From positions 1 through 64,000 of IMG/VR virus record IMGVR_UViG_3300025274_001348: a DNA stretch of 64,000 nucleotides; one strand, written 5' to 3'. The position numbers and the translations under genes are program-made. Positions 13,909 to 23,082 of this stretch are shown here, in pieces. The stretch comes from a virus. Each line of letters starts with the position of its first letter. Position 1 is the first letter of the stretch. Below the pieces are notes generated by a model. It made no database searches. It saw nothing but the letters and a program-made list of their open reading frames with translations, and had not been told where the DNA came from.

Positions 13909-13937
13909 TTGACAAGGGACTGAAATGCCGATATAAT
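13909..13937 (+). promoter_or_regulatory. consensus promoter TTGACA-17-TATAAT
   Basis: Perfect consensus; GCCGAT in spacer. Confidence 0.75.
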
Positions 13938-14265
13938 GTATGTATGGACCGAGTTAGCATTTGACCTAAACCCCTATTGGGTATAAAACCCACAATGAAA
14001 CAGCAATATAACACGCTTCTGGGCGCATATTACACTTATTGTGTGAGAACGTGGTATAATATGGTGTAAACTATATTGTCCGACCTGTTTCATGTTCTAT
14101 ATGGTGTTATTATGAATGATAAAGAGAAAAAAGACAATCCTCCTATGACTAATCTGGAGAAAAATACAGAAAAACTAGAGAAAGCAGAGGAGATGATTAT
14201 ATCCGAGGAATTAATCAGATGGATGACTGAAGGCACTAACCCTTACTTATCACCACGTTCAGATT

Positions 14266-14769
14266 GTGGATAAAACAATGCCAGTACCACCTACAGCAGA
14301 CAATCCTCATGGTTGGGGATACATTGAGAAACGAAAAGTGTTGGAACATTACCAACTCAGTCCTAGAATTCAGATCGTAGTTGGAGATGTTATTAAGGTA
14401 AGCAAGGGTTCATACTGGGTTAACAAAGATGGTGTGAAGGTCAGTATGGATACCATGAAGGGGGAGTGGAAGGTTAACGGTATATTTGAAGGGGTGGATG
14501 GATTAGAGATGGATATAGTCCATTGTTGGCCGGGAGGTTTATTTGGGTCAACTTCCACTATTAGAATTACTGGGGATGAATACCCTAGCCCAATTGTAGA
14601 TGTCATAATAAGACGACCATACAAGATCAGACTGGCTGCTCCTAAGTTCAAGAGAAGGAGGAGGAAAAATAAGTTTGATAAACCCGCACCTAGGAAGGTT
14701 GAAAAGATAGAAGAAGATATTGACTGGGACGCTATTAAAAACATTGTGGGAGATATTGAAGATGAGTGA
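14266..14769 (+). CDS. hypothetical protein (ends IEDE*)
   Basis: 167 aa ORF. Confidence 0.7.
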   Translation: MDKTMPVPPTADNPHGWGYIEKRKVLEHYQLSPRIQIVVGDVIKVSKGSYWVNKDGVKVSMDTMKGEWKVNGIFEGVDGLEMDIVHCWPGGLFGSTSTIRITGDEYPSPIVDVIIRRPYKIRLAAPKFKRRRRKNKFDKPAPRKVEKIEEDIDWDAIKNIVGDIEDE

Positions 14770-14959
14770 TGAACTTACAAGCGAACAGGTGGAAGCTATT
14801 ACTTACGCCTACATGGATGTTAAGGCGGCTAACAAGCTGATGGATGAGGAAGAAAATTGGGGCAACCGCATTCAAGCGGAAGCTGAACTCTATGAGGCTA
14901 CCCTGCAAACCAAGGTTGACTTAGAGAAAGCGTTTCCCTTTTTGATTGAGGAGGTTTAA
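14762..14959 (+). CDS. hypothetical protein (MSDELT…)
   Basis: Starts in the junction repeat. Confidence 0.65.
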   Translation: MSDELTSEQVEAITYAYMDVKAANKLMDEEENWGNRIQAEAELYEATLQTKVDLEKAFPFLIEEV

Positions 14960-14960
14960 G

Positions 14961-15143
14961 ATGAGTAACGCTCCAATGTGTGCATGGTGTGGAGATACGG
15001 GACATAGTTTATCCGACTGTCCAATAGCACCTGAACTCGCAGACACGATTGATGCTAACATTGTTGAAGGGTTAAAGATGGTAAAGAGATTTAATAAGAT
15101 GGCAAATGGTGATTTTTGTAGAGAGGACATTGAAGATGAGTAA
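14961..15143 (+). CDS. CCHC zinc-knuckle microprotein
   Basis: CAWCGDTGHSLSDC = CX2CX4HX4C; ends IEDE*. Confidence 0.7.
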   Translation: MSNAPMCAWCGDTGHSLSDCPIAPELADTIDANIVEGLKMVKRFNKMANGDFCREDIEDE

Positions 15144-15285
15144 AACGATGTTGCAAATTGACGGTAAAGACTATATGGTTGTACCTATTGTTGGCGTCGA
15201 GACATTGGTGTACGAAGTGCAGAAGCGTCTGGATGAAGCAGGGTTAAATGTATTGGTAGGCACAAGGAGAATTGAAGATGAGTGA
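15136..15285 (+). CDS. 49-aa hypothetical protein (MSKTMLQ…IEDE*)
   Basis: Begins and ends in junction repeats. Confidence 0.6.
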   Translation: MSKTMLQIDGKDYMVVPIVGVETLVYEVQKRLDEAGLNVLVGTRRIEDE

Positions 15286-15586
15286 AACACTTAACTATGA
15301 AGTAATGACAGTTGATCCCCCATTGGCCGATCAAGTAAAGAGATGGTGTAAGGCATCACCTGAGCATGACGAAAATGATCCGATTTTATTTGAGGAGGAA
15401 GTTCACTTTCTTGATAAGCACTTTATGGTAGTGCAAGTAGTTTCTGCTGAGTCGTCAGCTTGGACTCATGGCATTCTGTTTGATGAACAAGGACGCTCTT
15501 GTGGGAGTACCCCAAGGACAGGAGAATTCCTTGGTACATATCAGGTAGGCAACTATTGTGTAACCGTGGAGAAGGAAGATGGCTGA
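15278..15586 (+). CDS. hypothetical protein
   Basis: Starts in the junction repeat. Confidence 0.65.
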   Translation: MSETLNYEVMTVDPPLADQVKRWCKASPEHDENDPILFEEEVHFLDKHFMVVQVVSAESSAWTHGILFDEQGRSCGSTPRTGEFLGTYQVGNYCVTVEKEDG

Positions 15587-15758
15587 TTTTTGTAAGGAGT
15601 GTAGTGAGAAACATTTTGATGAAGATTTCCGTGACTTTGCCTACATCGTGTCAAAAGAACAATACTTGAGAGGTATGGCAGCTAATGTCTTATGCGAAGG
15701 ATGCGGCTGGATAACAGTTGATAATAATGGTAAAAGATTGGAGATTGAAGATGAGTAA
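15579..15758 (+). CDS. 59-aa Zn-finger-like protein (MADFCKEC…LCEGCG…IEDE*)
   Basis: Hand translation; two CxxC motifs. Confidence 0.65.
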   Translation: MADFCKECSEKHFDEDFRDFAYIVSKEQYLRGMAANVLCEGCGWITVDNNGKRLEIEDE

Positions 15759-15957
15759 CCTACATAACCTACAATGGTATGAGATTCCCTGTAGTTGGGA
15801 AGTTTATGGAACTATTGAGGTTGCGGCTAGTAGCCTCGATGCTGCGATTGAAAAGGTGGAGGATGAGGGATTTCCTTTGCCTAGCAGGAGTAGCTATGTT
15901 GATGGTAGTTTTCAAGTTGACCGCGAAATTGCAGAGGATATAAACAATGAGGCTTAA
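15751..15957 (+). CDS. hypothetical protein
   Basis: Starts in the junction repeat. Confidence 0.65.
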   Translation: MSNLHNLQWYEIPCSWEVYGTIEVAASSLDAAIEKVEDEGFPLPSRSSYVDGSFQVDREIAEDINNEA

Positions 15958-16132
15958 GGACGTACAGGAATTTGGTAAGAAATTCAACGTAGTAGTTGAA
16001 AAGCAGGATTACCGGGATGGGGATGTAAGGTATAGCTATAGTTTATATAGCAACAACCTGTTTGTTGAAGCCCCGGCTAGAAACTTGAACGAATGTATGC
16101 AAATTATTACGGAGGAGTTTTCTAATGGCTAA
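15947..16132 (+). CDS. hypothetical protein
   Basis: Overlapping operon ORF. Confidence 0.6.
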   Translation: MRLKDVQEFGKKFNVVVEKQDYRDGDVRYSYSLYSNNLFVEAPARNLNECMQIITEEFSNG

Positions 16133-16349
16133 GTCTAATGTTGATAGGTACGTTAAGGTTGTTCGTAGGTTTGACAGTAACGGAAAATACTACTTCACAA
16201 CGGTACTCCATAGTGAGAACCCTGATGATAACCCGAAGCTCAGGACTCATAAGCAGTTCAACCTGAGCTATGAAACTGGTGACAGGGCGCAAGCCGAGCT
16301 TTATGCATATAAGCTCGCTAAGTGTCTGGAGTGTAGAGTGGTAGCATGA
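16125..16349 (+). CDS. hypothetical protein
   Basis: GGAGG RBS. Confidence 0.6.
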   Translation: MAKSNVDRYVKVVRRFDSNGKYYFTTVLHSENPDDNPKLRTHKQFNLSYETGDRAQAELYAYKLAKCLECRVVA

Positions 16350-16516
16350 TAATATATCTCGACCAAGACCCACGATTTTATCACGGTGGCTATCCTGAAT
16401 CTGGAACTACTGGTTATGATGGACCGGGATGGTACATCTGGGATCATAAGGGAGTGGTCGGGCCTTTTGACAGTGAGGAAGAAGCAAACAGGAGATTTGA
16501 AGATGGAACCGATTGA
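16346..16516 (+). CDS. 56-aa hypothetical protein (…GWYIWD…GPFDSEEEA…)
   Basis: Hand translation; ATGA overlap. Confidence 0.6.
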   Translation: MIIYLDQDPRFYHGGYPESGTTGYDGPGWYIWDHKGVVGPFDSEEEANRRFEDGTD

Positions 16517-16640
16517 TTACAATGATGATGTTAACCAAGAAGACCCTGTTGATTTAACTTCGGAAGAATGGTCCGAGTTTTACCATAAGTTGGATGATTA
16601 TGAGGACTACCTTGACCACGATATGTCAATGAACTACTAG
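16503..16640 (+). CDS. small acidic protein
   Basis: Starts at junction variant TTGAAGATGG. Confidence 0.55.
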   Translation: MEPIDYNDDVNQEDPVDLTSEEWSEFYHKLDDYEDYLDHDMSMNY

Positions 16641-16649
16641 GAGATAATA

Positions 16650-16913
16650 ATGGCTGAATATAGTAACGAAAAGATGGTGGAGTTGGCTGAGTATGTTGTT
16701 GAGTCTATGGATCAGGATCAGTTAGTGGAAATGGCTTATCAGTATATCATAGAAGGATACGAGGTAAACGAAGAAGGGTTCCATGAAGACTGGCACACTT
16801 ACTTCGGTCTTATGGGTTATAATGAAGAAGATATTAAACCTGATACTAAGAGTCACCCTGACTTGAGGTTGTTTAGGCATGAAGATGGGTACAAGGAGAT
16901 GAACAATGAGTAA
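16650..16913 (+). CDS. acidic hypothetical protein
   Basis: GGAG RBS. Confidence 0.65.
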   Translation: MAEYSNEKMVELAEYVVESMDQDQLVEMAYQYIIEGYEVNEEGFHEDWHTYFGLMGYNEEDIKPDTKSHPDLRLFRHEDGYKEMNNE

Positions 16914-17199
16914 TGAAGAACAACAAAAAGATATGCTTAATGGACTCTCTATTTTATACGGGCAGTTTGCTAGGCTTATTCACGAAGCAGATAAGCTAGA
17001 TATGTGGAATGTTGAATCTGAAAATTTCAAATCAATATGTAAGTCCATCGGGGCCTCTACTTGGGATGTTATAAGAGTGATTCAAGACGCAGATCATGTT
17101 GTCCACGCTTACACTAGTGCTGAAATGACAGATGCTTTGCAGATTAATCAAGATCAAAATGAGTGTGCTAATCAGGAGTCCAAGGATGCACAAGAATGA
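16906..17199 (+). CDS. hypothetical protein
   Basis: Operon ORF. Confidence 0.6.
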   Translation: MSNEEQQKDMLNGLSILYGQFARLIHEADKLDMWNVESENFKSICKSIGASTWDVIRVIQDADHVVHAYTSAEMTDALQINQDQNECANQESKDAQE

Positions 17200-17416
17200 A
17201 GACTGGAAGCACGACGCTAATAAGTTAGCCGAGGAGCTACTTGAACTCGCCGTTGAGTTAGTTAAGCAGTCTAATAAGCCACATAAAGACTATCATGATA
17301 AGATACAGGATGAGCTTGCTGATGTGTCATACAGGCTCAACAACATGATAGAGTGGTATGACACAAAAGCTATCGCACAACGAATGGTCGATAAGTGGGG
17401 AGATAAGGATGGGTAA
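17186..17416 (+). CDS. MazG-like NTP pyrophosphohydrolase
   Basis: KLAEELLEL…IQDELADV motif. Confidence 0.55.
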   Translation: MHKNEDWKHDANKLAEELLELAVELVKQSNKPHKDYHDKIQDELADVSYRLNNMIEWYDTKAIAQRMVDKWGDKDG

Positions 17417-17576
17417 ACTATACAAGAATTGGTTTGTGCATAATATGTTCGCACATCCATTGAGTGAAGTAGTCTATTGGATTACAAGACCTCTTGGAAG
17501 GAAGGAGTCTGAGGATATTTCTGGATGGATTCATGATGTTACTATTCCTAGTGATAGTGATGTTGGGAGGGGTTGA
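17409..17576 (+). CDS. hypothetical protein (WFVHNMFAHPL…WIHDVT)
   Basis: Operon ORF. Confidence 0.6.
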   Translation: MGKLYKNWFVHNMFAHPLSEVVYWITRPLGRKESEDISGWIHDVTIPSDSDVGRG

Positions 17577-17578
17577 AG

Positions 17579-17755
17579 ATGAGTGACACTCCAATGTGTA
17601 CATGGTGTGCAAGTACGGAACATACTTTAGTTGACTGTCCGATAGCACCTAAACCGGGGATAGATTTTGTTTTTGATGATGCTGCACATGCTGAAGGGTT
17701 GAATTTGGTAAATAGATTTAGGGAGATGGAAAAGGAGATTGAAGATGAGCGTTGA
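17579..17755 (+). CDS. CCHC zinc-knuckle microprotein, paralog of 14961-15143
   Basis: CTWCASTEHTLVDCPIAP. Confidence 0.7.
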   Translation: MSDTPMCTWCASTEHTLVDCPIAPKPGIDFVFDDAAHAEGLNLVNRFREMEKEIEDER

Positions 17756-18020
17756 TGCTTATGATACCAAGATTACGCTGAAGTCTATTGACAAACTAAT
17801 CTGTGAGGCTCTGCAAGAAATTGCACCTAATGAAAGCACCACAGTAGAAGCATACGAAAAAGCTACTACGCCTACAAGGAAGGCTGTTGTAGCTCTTAAG
17901 GACGCTCTAGTTTTTGTCAAGCAGATTCGAGAAAAGTATGCTCATGTTGAATGTCCACGGATAGGATTCTCAGATGAAGATTATAATGAAATGCAAGGCG
18001 CTGATGATAACCGTCCATAA
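17745..18020 (+). CDS. hypothetical protein
   Basis: Starts in junction variant. Confidence 0.6.
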   Translation: MSVDAYDTKITLKSIDKLICEALQEIAPNESTTVEAYEKATTPTRKAVVALKDALVFVKQIREKYAHVECPRIGFSDEDYNEMQGADDNRP

Positions 18021-18142
18021 AGGAAGAAGGCTAATGCTACAAGAACTTATAGACCTGCCTAACTGGATGATAGCAGCGATAGTAGTAGTGGGTATCTTTT
18101 CACTAACTGCCGATTGGCAGGACTGGTTTATGGGAGATTAAC

Positions 18143-19111
18143 ATGATGATGCTTAATGGTAATGTGTTAGAGAACTTTAAGTCGTACACCCATAAAGGAA
18201 TCTACCACATCATCTTCGACCATATGAAAAGACCCTACAACTTTATCGACACTCAAACTCTCGAAGAATTAGGGACGCTAATTAGTGTGGTCGAAAAAGG
18301 AAATTACAAGGGTGTTGTATTCAGTAGCAACAAGTCAACATTTATAGTGGGCGCAAACATCAAAATTTTTGTCACGGCACATGATGCACCTGATGAAACA
18401 ATAAACGGATTCTTAAAAGATGGGCAAGATTTATTCAACAGGATTGAAGACTTACCTATACCTACCTGCTCGATAATCAAGGGGACGACGATGGGTGGTG
18501 GGTTAGAACTAGCTTTAGCCTGTACGACTAGACTTTTAGTCAAAGATCCTATTCCCGAAGACCCAGAGTATACCACCATGCAACTTACCAAGCTGGCACT
18601 ACCAGAGGTTAAGCTAGGTATACTGCCATCATGGGGTGGAACTACCAGATTACCTCGAATGATCTACCCTACAAAGGCCATTGAACTTATTTGTACGGGC
18701 AGGAATGTAAAACAAAAAGAGGCATTGAAAATTGGTCTGGTCGATGGTATAGTAGAGTATCCCAAGGCGTTGGATGCGGCCTATGAACTTATCTACGATC
18801 TCAGTGATAAAGATATGTTGAAGTGGGCTACTATCAGGAACAAGAAGGTTGGTCCTACTAGAATGAGCAAACTTAGAGCCAGTGTGACTTATCCAATAGT
18901 TAAGCGTACCATTGGCAATAAGCAGAAGAAGATGTTTGGTGATCCTAACAAGTACCCCTCTCCATACAAAGCCTTGGAGGTATTAAATAAAACTAGGACT
19001 ATGAATAGGGATGAATCGTTGGAAATGGAGCGTAAGGCTTTTATCCCACTGGTTAGGAGCGATGAATGCAGGGAATTAGTGCAGAAGTTTCTTAATGGAG
19101 AAAGAGGATGA
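18143..19111 (+). CDS. enoyl-CoA hydratase/isomerase (N-terminal half of FadB/FadJ-type multifunctional enzyme)
   Basis: FIVGANI, GGGLELALAC, LPEVKLGILP.WGGT.RLPR motifs. Confidence 0.9.
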   Translation: MMMLNGNVLENFKSYTHKGIYHIIFDHMKRPYNFIDTQTLEELGTLISVVEKGNYKGVVFSSNKSTFIVGANIKIFVTAHDAPDETINGFLKDGQDLFNRIEDLPIPTCSIIKGTTMGGGLELALACTTRLLVKDPIPEDPEYTTMQLTKLALPEVKLGILPSWGGTTRLPRMIYPTKAIELICTGRNVKQKEALKIGLVDGIVEYPKALDAAYELIYDLSDKDMLKWATIRNKKVGPTRMSKLRASVTYPIVKRTIGNKQKKMFGDPNKYPSPYKALEVLNKTRTMNRDESLEMERKAFIPLVRSDECRELVQKFLNGERG

Positions 19112-19296
19112 AGCAACTTAAAGAAGAACACATGGTTGGTTACTTTAGGTCTATCGCCCTCACTAATAACTTCATCCGTGACAGGATGAAAGAAGTAAAG
19201 AAAGGTAGACCTCTGTGCGGGTGCGGAGCGTGTCACGAATGTTACTATGTTTACTTGTTAGACAAGTTAACACCTATGAAGAGCTTGAAGGAGTAA
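19108..19296 (+). CDS. small Cys-rich protein
   Basis: LCGCGACHEC. Confidence 0.55.
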   Translation: MKQLKEEHMVGYFRSIALTNNFIRDRMKEVKKGRPLCGCGACHECYYVYLLDKLTPMKSLKE

Positions 19297-19299
19297 GAG

Positions 19300-19920
19300 A
19301 TGCATAAACTGATCTTAGACAGACTAGACAAAGAATTAATCAAGGAAGTGCAGCCATCGTTTAACGATCTACCGCACACGGGTCATGCGGATAGTGAATT
19401 TAGACTCAGGCGTTATTCAGTAATTGATTTTCTTGGTACGCCAGTGGGTGAGTCCACATTTGTTCAATCATCCGACTACAATAAGTATCAAGGCGATGTG
19501 CTTAGAGATTTTGAGCCAATTGAAGATTCAGTAGTAAATAGTACATGCTTTAGAAAGATGTTGGGGCTATTCAGACACGCTGGCGAACTAAGTCTAGAAG
19601 AAATAGATGTTCATCAGATGAGAGTCACTGTGCCTAAAAGTATGCCTGCTGCTGAACTATCTCCAGAGGGTCCACATCAAGACGGTTTTGATTGCATTGG
19701 AATCTTCTCCATTGACAGGCGTAATATATGTGGTGGTGAATTACTGGTTCTTAACGATAAAGACAGTCACCCATTCTGGTCTTTTGTAATGAAGCCCGGT
19801 CAGGTTGTTGTTATAGATGATAGAGAACTATGGCACGACGGCAATCGTATTGCAAGAGATGTCGAGGGGATCGAAGAAAATTACATGGATGTTTTTGTGC
19901 TAACAGCCAATAGAGATTAG
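19300..19920 (+). CDS. 2OG-Fe(II) dioxygenase family protein
   Basis: VHQMR, SPEGPHQDG (HxD), distal WH, D.FVLT. Confidence 0.75.
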   Translation: MHKLILDRLDKELIKEVQPSFNDLPHTGHADSEFRLRRYSVIDFLGTPVGESTFVQSSDYNKYQGDVLRDFEPIEDSVVNSTCFRKMLGLFRHAGELSLEEIDVHQMRVTVPKSMPAAELSPEGPHQDGFDCIGIFSIDRRNICGGELLVLNDKDSHPFWSFVMKPGQVVVIDDRELWHDGNRIARDVEGIEENYMDVFVLTANRD

Positions 19921-19921
19921 C

Positions 19922-20383
19922 ATGACGGAAGCTCTACAACATATTTATAACGACGCTGGACGTAAATATATCCAGCCCAATGAAAGAAATGATTGTACCG
20001 TAAGGGCTTTAGCCATCTCTACTGATAGAGGTTATAATGTAGCTCACAATTTCCTTAAGGGTCGTGGTCGTAAGTGTAGAAAATCGTTTTTCTTTCCCAA
20101 GAAACGCTCTGATGATTGTGCGTTGGGACATGAGTTTATTTGGCGATCCTTTTCCCTCGTTAAAGGACAAAAAAGAATGAGTCCTGAGCGGTTTGCTATT
20201 AAGTTTCCAAAAGGGGTTTATATCTGTAAAACAGTGAAGCATGTTTATGCCGTAGTGAATGGAGTCATAAATGATGCCTACAAGATTGATTGGTATGATG
20301 GTCGATGCGTTTATGGCTGCTGGCAAGTAACAAATCTAAATCCCGACGTAGACGACGGGTGGGAAAACGAGGGAGGACAATGA
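19922..20383 (+). CDS. conserved phage hypothetical protein
   Basis: DCTVRALAI…HVYAVVNGVIND. Confidence 0.7.
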   Translation: MTEALQHIYNDAGRKYIQPNERNDCTVRALAISTDRGYNVAHNFLKGRGRKCRKSFFFPKKRSDDCALGHEFIWRSFSLVKGQKRMSPERFAIKFPKGVYICKTVKHVYAVVNGVINDAYKIDWYDGRCVYGCWQVTNLNPDVDDGWENEGGQ

Positions 20384-22227
20384 GTAAGTCTTTTGCTGAA
20401 ACTGCTATGGAGTTAAGCGGCAAGACCGCAGCAGAGTCTACCAGTATAGGAAAGGTAGACATGGCAGACGATCAGGTAGAGGAACTGTTTGATGATAAGC
20501 ACCAAACCAAGAACAGTCCAGCATATAAAGCTGTATGGGACCGGGAGTTCCCCACCAGAGACTTCTTTGAGTTTGATTTCTACAGACCTAATTCTGTTAT
20601 GCTGGATAACTGTCTTGATATTGTAAAAAAGTTCAAGGCAGACGATATGCTGTATACATGCGAAGACAAGTTAAGCAGAGAGGTGATTCAAGCATTGGCT
20701 AACAGTGGCTATTACGGCTTACTGGTTCCATTACCAGATAAGCCAGCCCTGTCTTTCTCTGAGTTTTCATCGTTCCTGACGAAGATGGCAAGTATTGAAC
20801 CCAGTATTGCTGGCATGTGTTCAATTCATGGTTGTATAGGTTCTGTAGATCCCATTAGAACATTTGGAAATGAGTATCAAAAGGAGAAGTATTTACCGGG
20901 ACTATCTGACGGAACCTTTTTGTCTGCTTTTGCTCTGACCGAGCCTTGTGCCGGATCGGACTTGACAGCGTTGAAGACGTGTGCTAAAATAGATGGCGAC
21001 GATTATGTTTTGAATGGCACTAAACTGTTCATTACAAATGTTCATTACGGTGGACTTGTTTCTGTTGTATGTCTCATAGAGAATAAGCCTCAAGTATTAC
21101 TAGTAGAGGTTCCTAGTGGAGATACCGATACATTCAAGATTGGTCACTATAAAATCCACGCATTGACTAGGTTAAATAATAACTCTTTAATCTTCACGAA
21201 CCATCGTGTACCAAAGGAAAACCTAATCCGGTTGCACAAAGGAGACGGGCTAACCGTAGCCTATCATGGGCTAAACTTAGGCAGGATTTCCCTATGTGCA
21301 AATGCGTCTGGTTGTATGAAGACAATGCTGGCCTCTATGATTCCTTGGGGTCAGTATCGACAAACATATGGTCAACCAATTATGCACAGAGAACTGGTAC
21401 AAGAGCGTATTGGTAGGCTGGCTGGCTATATTCTTTCATCAGATGCTCTGGTAGCTTGGTGTTCAGGATTGATTGATAAGGGCTACAGGGGTGAGCTAGA
21501 ATGCATAATAGCAAAGACTTTTGGTTCTGAATGTCAGAAGGAGGCTGCAATTGATCTATGTATGAAAACTCATGGGGGGAGGTCGTTCTTGGGTGGACAT
21601 ATAATCGGTGATAATATTCATGATCTCTTGGCTCCACTTATCTATGAGGGCGAAGGGGATATGTTGAACATGGCTTTCTTCAAGAGCCTAGTTAAAGAAC
21701 ACGGCAAAACCTTTTTTGAACCTGTCGGACAACTGATGTCTAATCTTGGAAAGAAAAGTCCATCCCCTATGGATGTAATCAGAAATCACAAGACTTTTAC
21801 TCCATACCTCAACTGGATGATAAGGGAAGTGTTCCTACCCAAGAGTGGTATTAGACCTATAGGATTTAATGAAGATCTAGTTAAGCACGCGAACTTTGCA
21901 ATCAATGGGTTGCAAAAGTCTGGTCGGGAGATTAGTGCATTAATGCGAAAGCATCAACTACGATTAGCTGATAGACAATGCAGGATGTCTATATTGTCCA
22001 GAAAGATTCAGAATCTTACGACCATGATGGCAACGGTGTGTTATGCTTTTGCTAAGGCTAACCTGCTAACTGCACGAATAGCAGATGTGTCTTGTGAGAA
22101 TTTAAGATGTAAGATTACGGGAAGGCATCCAACTGACTTACAGATTAGAAAAAGCGTATCTCTCGGTGAAAAATTGTGTTGCGATCAAGTAAGTCAAAAG
22201 TCTATCCTTATGAAATACGAAATATGA
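20380..22227 (+). CDS. acyl-CoA dehydrogenase
   Basis: AFALTEP.AGSD, LNGTKLFITN, GRSF..G, IYEGEG motifs. Confidence 0.9.
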   Translation: MSKSFAETAMELSGKTAAESTSIGKVDMADDQVEELFDDKHQTKNSPAYKAVWDREFPTRDFFEFDFYRPNSVMLDNCLDIVKKFKADDMLYTCEDKLSREVIQALANSGYYGLLVPLPDKPALSFSEFSSFLTKMASIEPSIAGMCSIHGCIGSVDPIRTFGNEYQKEKYLPGLSDGTFLSAFALTEPCAGSDLTALKTCAKIDGDDYVLNGTKLFITNVHYGGLVSVVCLIENKPQVLLVEVPSGDTDTFKIGHYKIHALTRLNNNSLIFTNHRVPKENLIRLHKGDGLTVAYHGLNLGRISLCANASGCMKTMLASMIPWGQYRQTYGQPIMHRELVQERIGRLAGYILSSDALVAWCSGLIDKGYRGELECIIAKTFGSECQKEAAIDLCMKTHGGRSFLGGHIIGDNIHDLLAPLIYEGEGDMLNMAFFKSLVKEHGKTFFEPVGQLMSNLGKKSPSPMDVIRNHKTFTPYLNWMIREVFLPKSGIRPIGFNEDLVKHANFAINGLQKSGREISALMRKHQLRLADRQCRMSILSRKIQNLTTMMATVCYAFAKANLLTARIADVSCENLRCKITGRHPTDLQIRKSVSLGEKLCCDQVSQKSILMKYEI

Positions 22228-22245
22228 GAATAAAGGAGATTAGTT

Positions 22246-22410
22246 ATGACGTTTGAGGTTTTTTGTAGATTTTGCAATGGCTGGGTTGATACTGAAGATA
22301 TTGAGGTTAAAGATGTGTCAGCAAACGTTCATGAAGAGGACGTAATTATATTTTCACATTTAGACTGTAACCCAGCAGAACAACAGTCTGTTGTTAGAGG
22401 TTCTAAGTGA
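22246..22410 (+). CDS. 54-aa hypothetical protein (FCRFC)
   Basis: AAGGAG RBS; hand translation. Confidence 0.5.
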   Translation: MTFEVFCRFCNGWVDTEDIEVKDVSANVHEEDVIIFSHLDCNPAEQQSVVRGSK

Positions 22411-22476
22411 TATAAAACTGTCTTTTCTACACTAACCCGGTTTGGTTTCACTTTTCTATTGACCGAGGAAATTATC

Positions 22477-23037
22477 ATGACGAAAAATAAAACTTTGGAT
22501 GACTATTGGTACGAGGCTAGGAGGGTAATTGGAAAATGGGGACAAATGCATTGGCAAAACGACGATGAATGTATCGCATTTGTGTCCTACTGGATGATGA
22601 GAGCAGATTGGAAATATGATCCAACAAAGGGAGCAAAAAGGTCAACCTACAGAGTGAACGCTGGAAGATGGGCGTTAGTGTCTTGGGCTAACAAGCTCAA
22701 AAAACAAGCTGATAAGAAAATTACATCTTTGAGCGTGCCAACTAAAATAAGCGGGGAGTATGTTGATTTATCTGAAACTATCCCATCAAAAGAGAATCAG
22801 TTTGGAAACGGTAGTGACGAATTTTCAGAATATATTGTAAGTCACAAATGTAACTCAGTAAAGCTACAGGGTTACTTGAGAAAATATTATATTCAGGGTT
22901 ATAATTGTTCAGAAATTGCAAAAATGCAAGGTGTAAGTAAACAGGCAGTTAATGAAGGTATAAGAAGGGCTATACTTAAGCTCAGAGAGCAAAAATCGCT
23001 AAAAAACTTCTTTACCGGCGACGAAATCGTGGTATAA
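22477..23037 (+). CDS. sigma-70-like RNA polymerase sigma factor
   Basis: KYDPTKGAKRSTY (region 2) and SEIAKMQGVSKQAV (region 4 HTH). Confidence 0.75.
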   Translation: MTKNKTLDDYWYEARRVIGKWGQMHWQNDDECIAFVSYWMMRADWKYDPTKGAKRSTYRVNAGRWALVSWANKLKKQADKKITSLSVPTKISGEYVDLSETIPSKENQFGNGSDEFSEYIVSHKCNSVKLQGYLRKYYIQGYNCSEIAKMQGVSKQAVNEGIRRAILKLREQKSLKNFFTGDEIVV

Positions 23038-23082
23038 TTATAGGGAGAGCATACGTAGCCGACCATAAAGTTTCGAGGATTT

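Larger units (their letters stand above)
14756..17750 (+). repeat. dispersed TTGAAGATGAGT gene-junction repeat
   Basis: Exact at 14756, 15130, 15272, 15745, 17573; variants at 14955, 16497, 17739. Confidence 0.85.
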
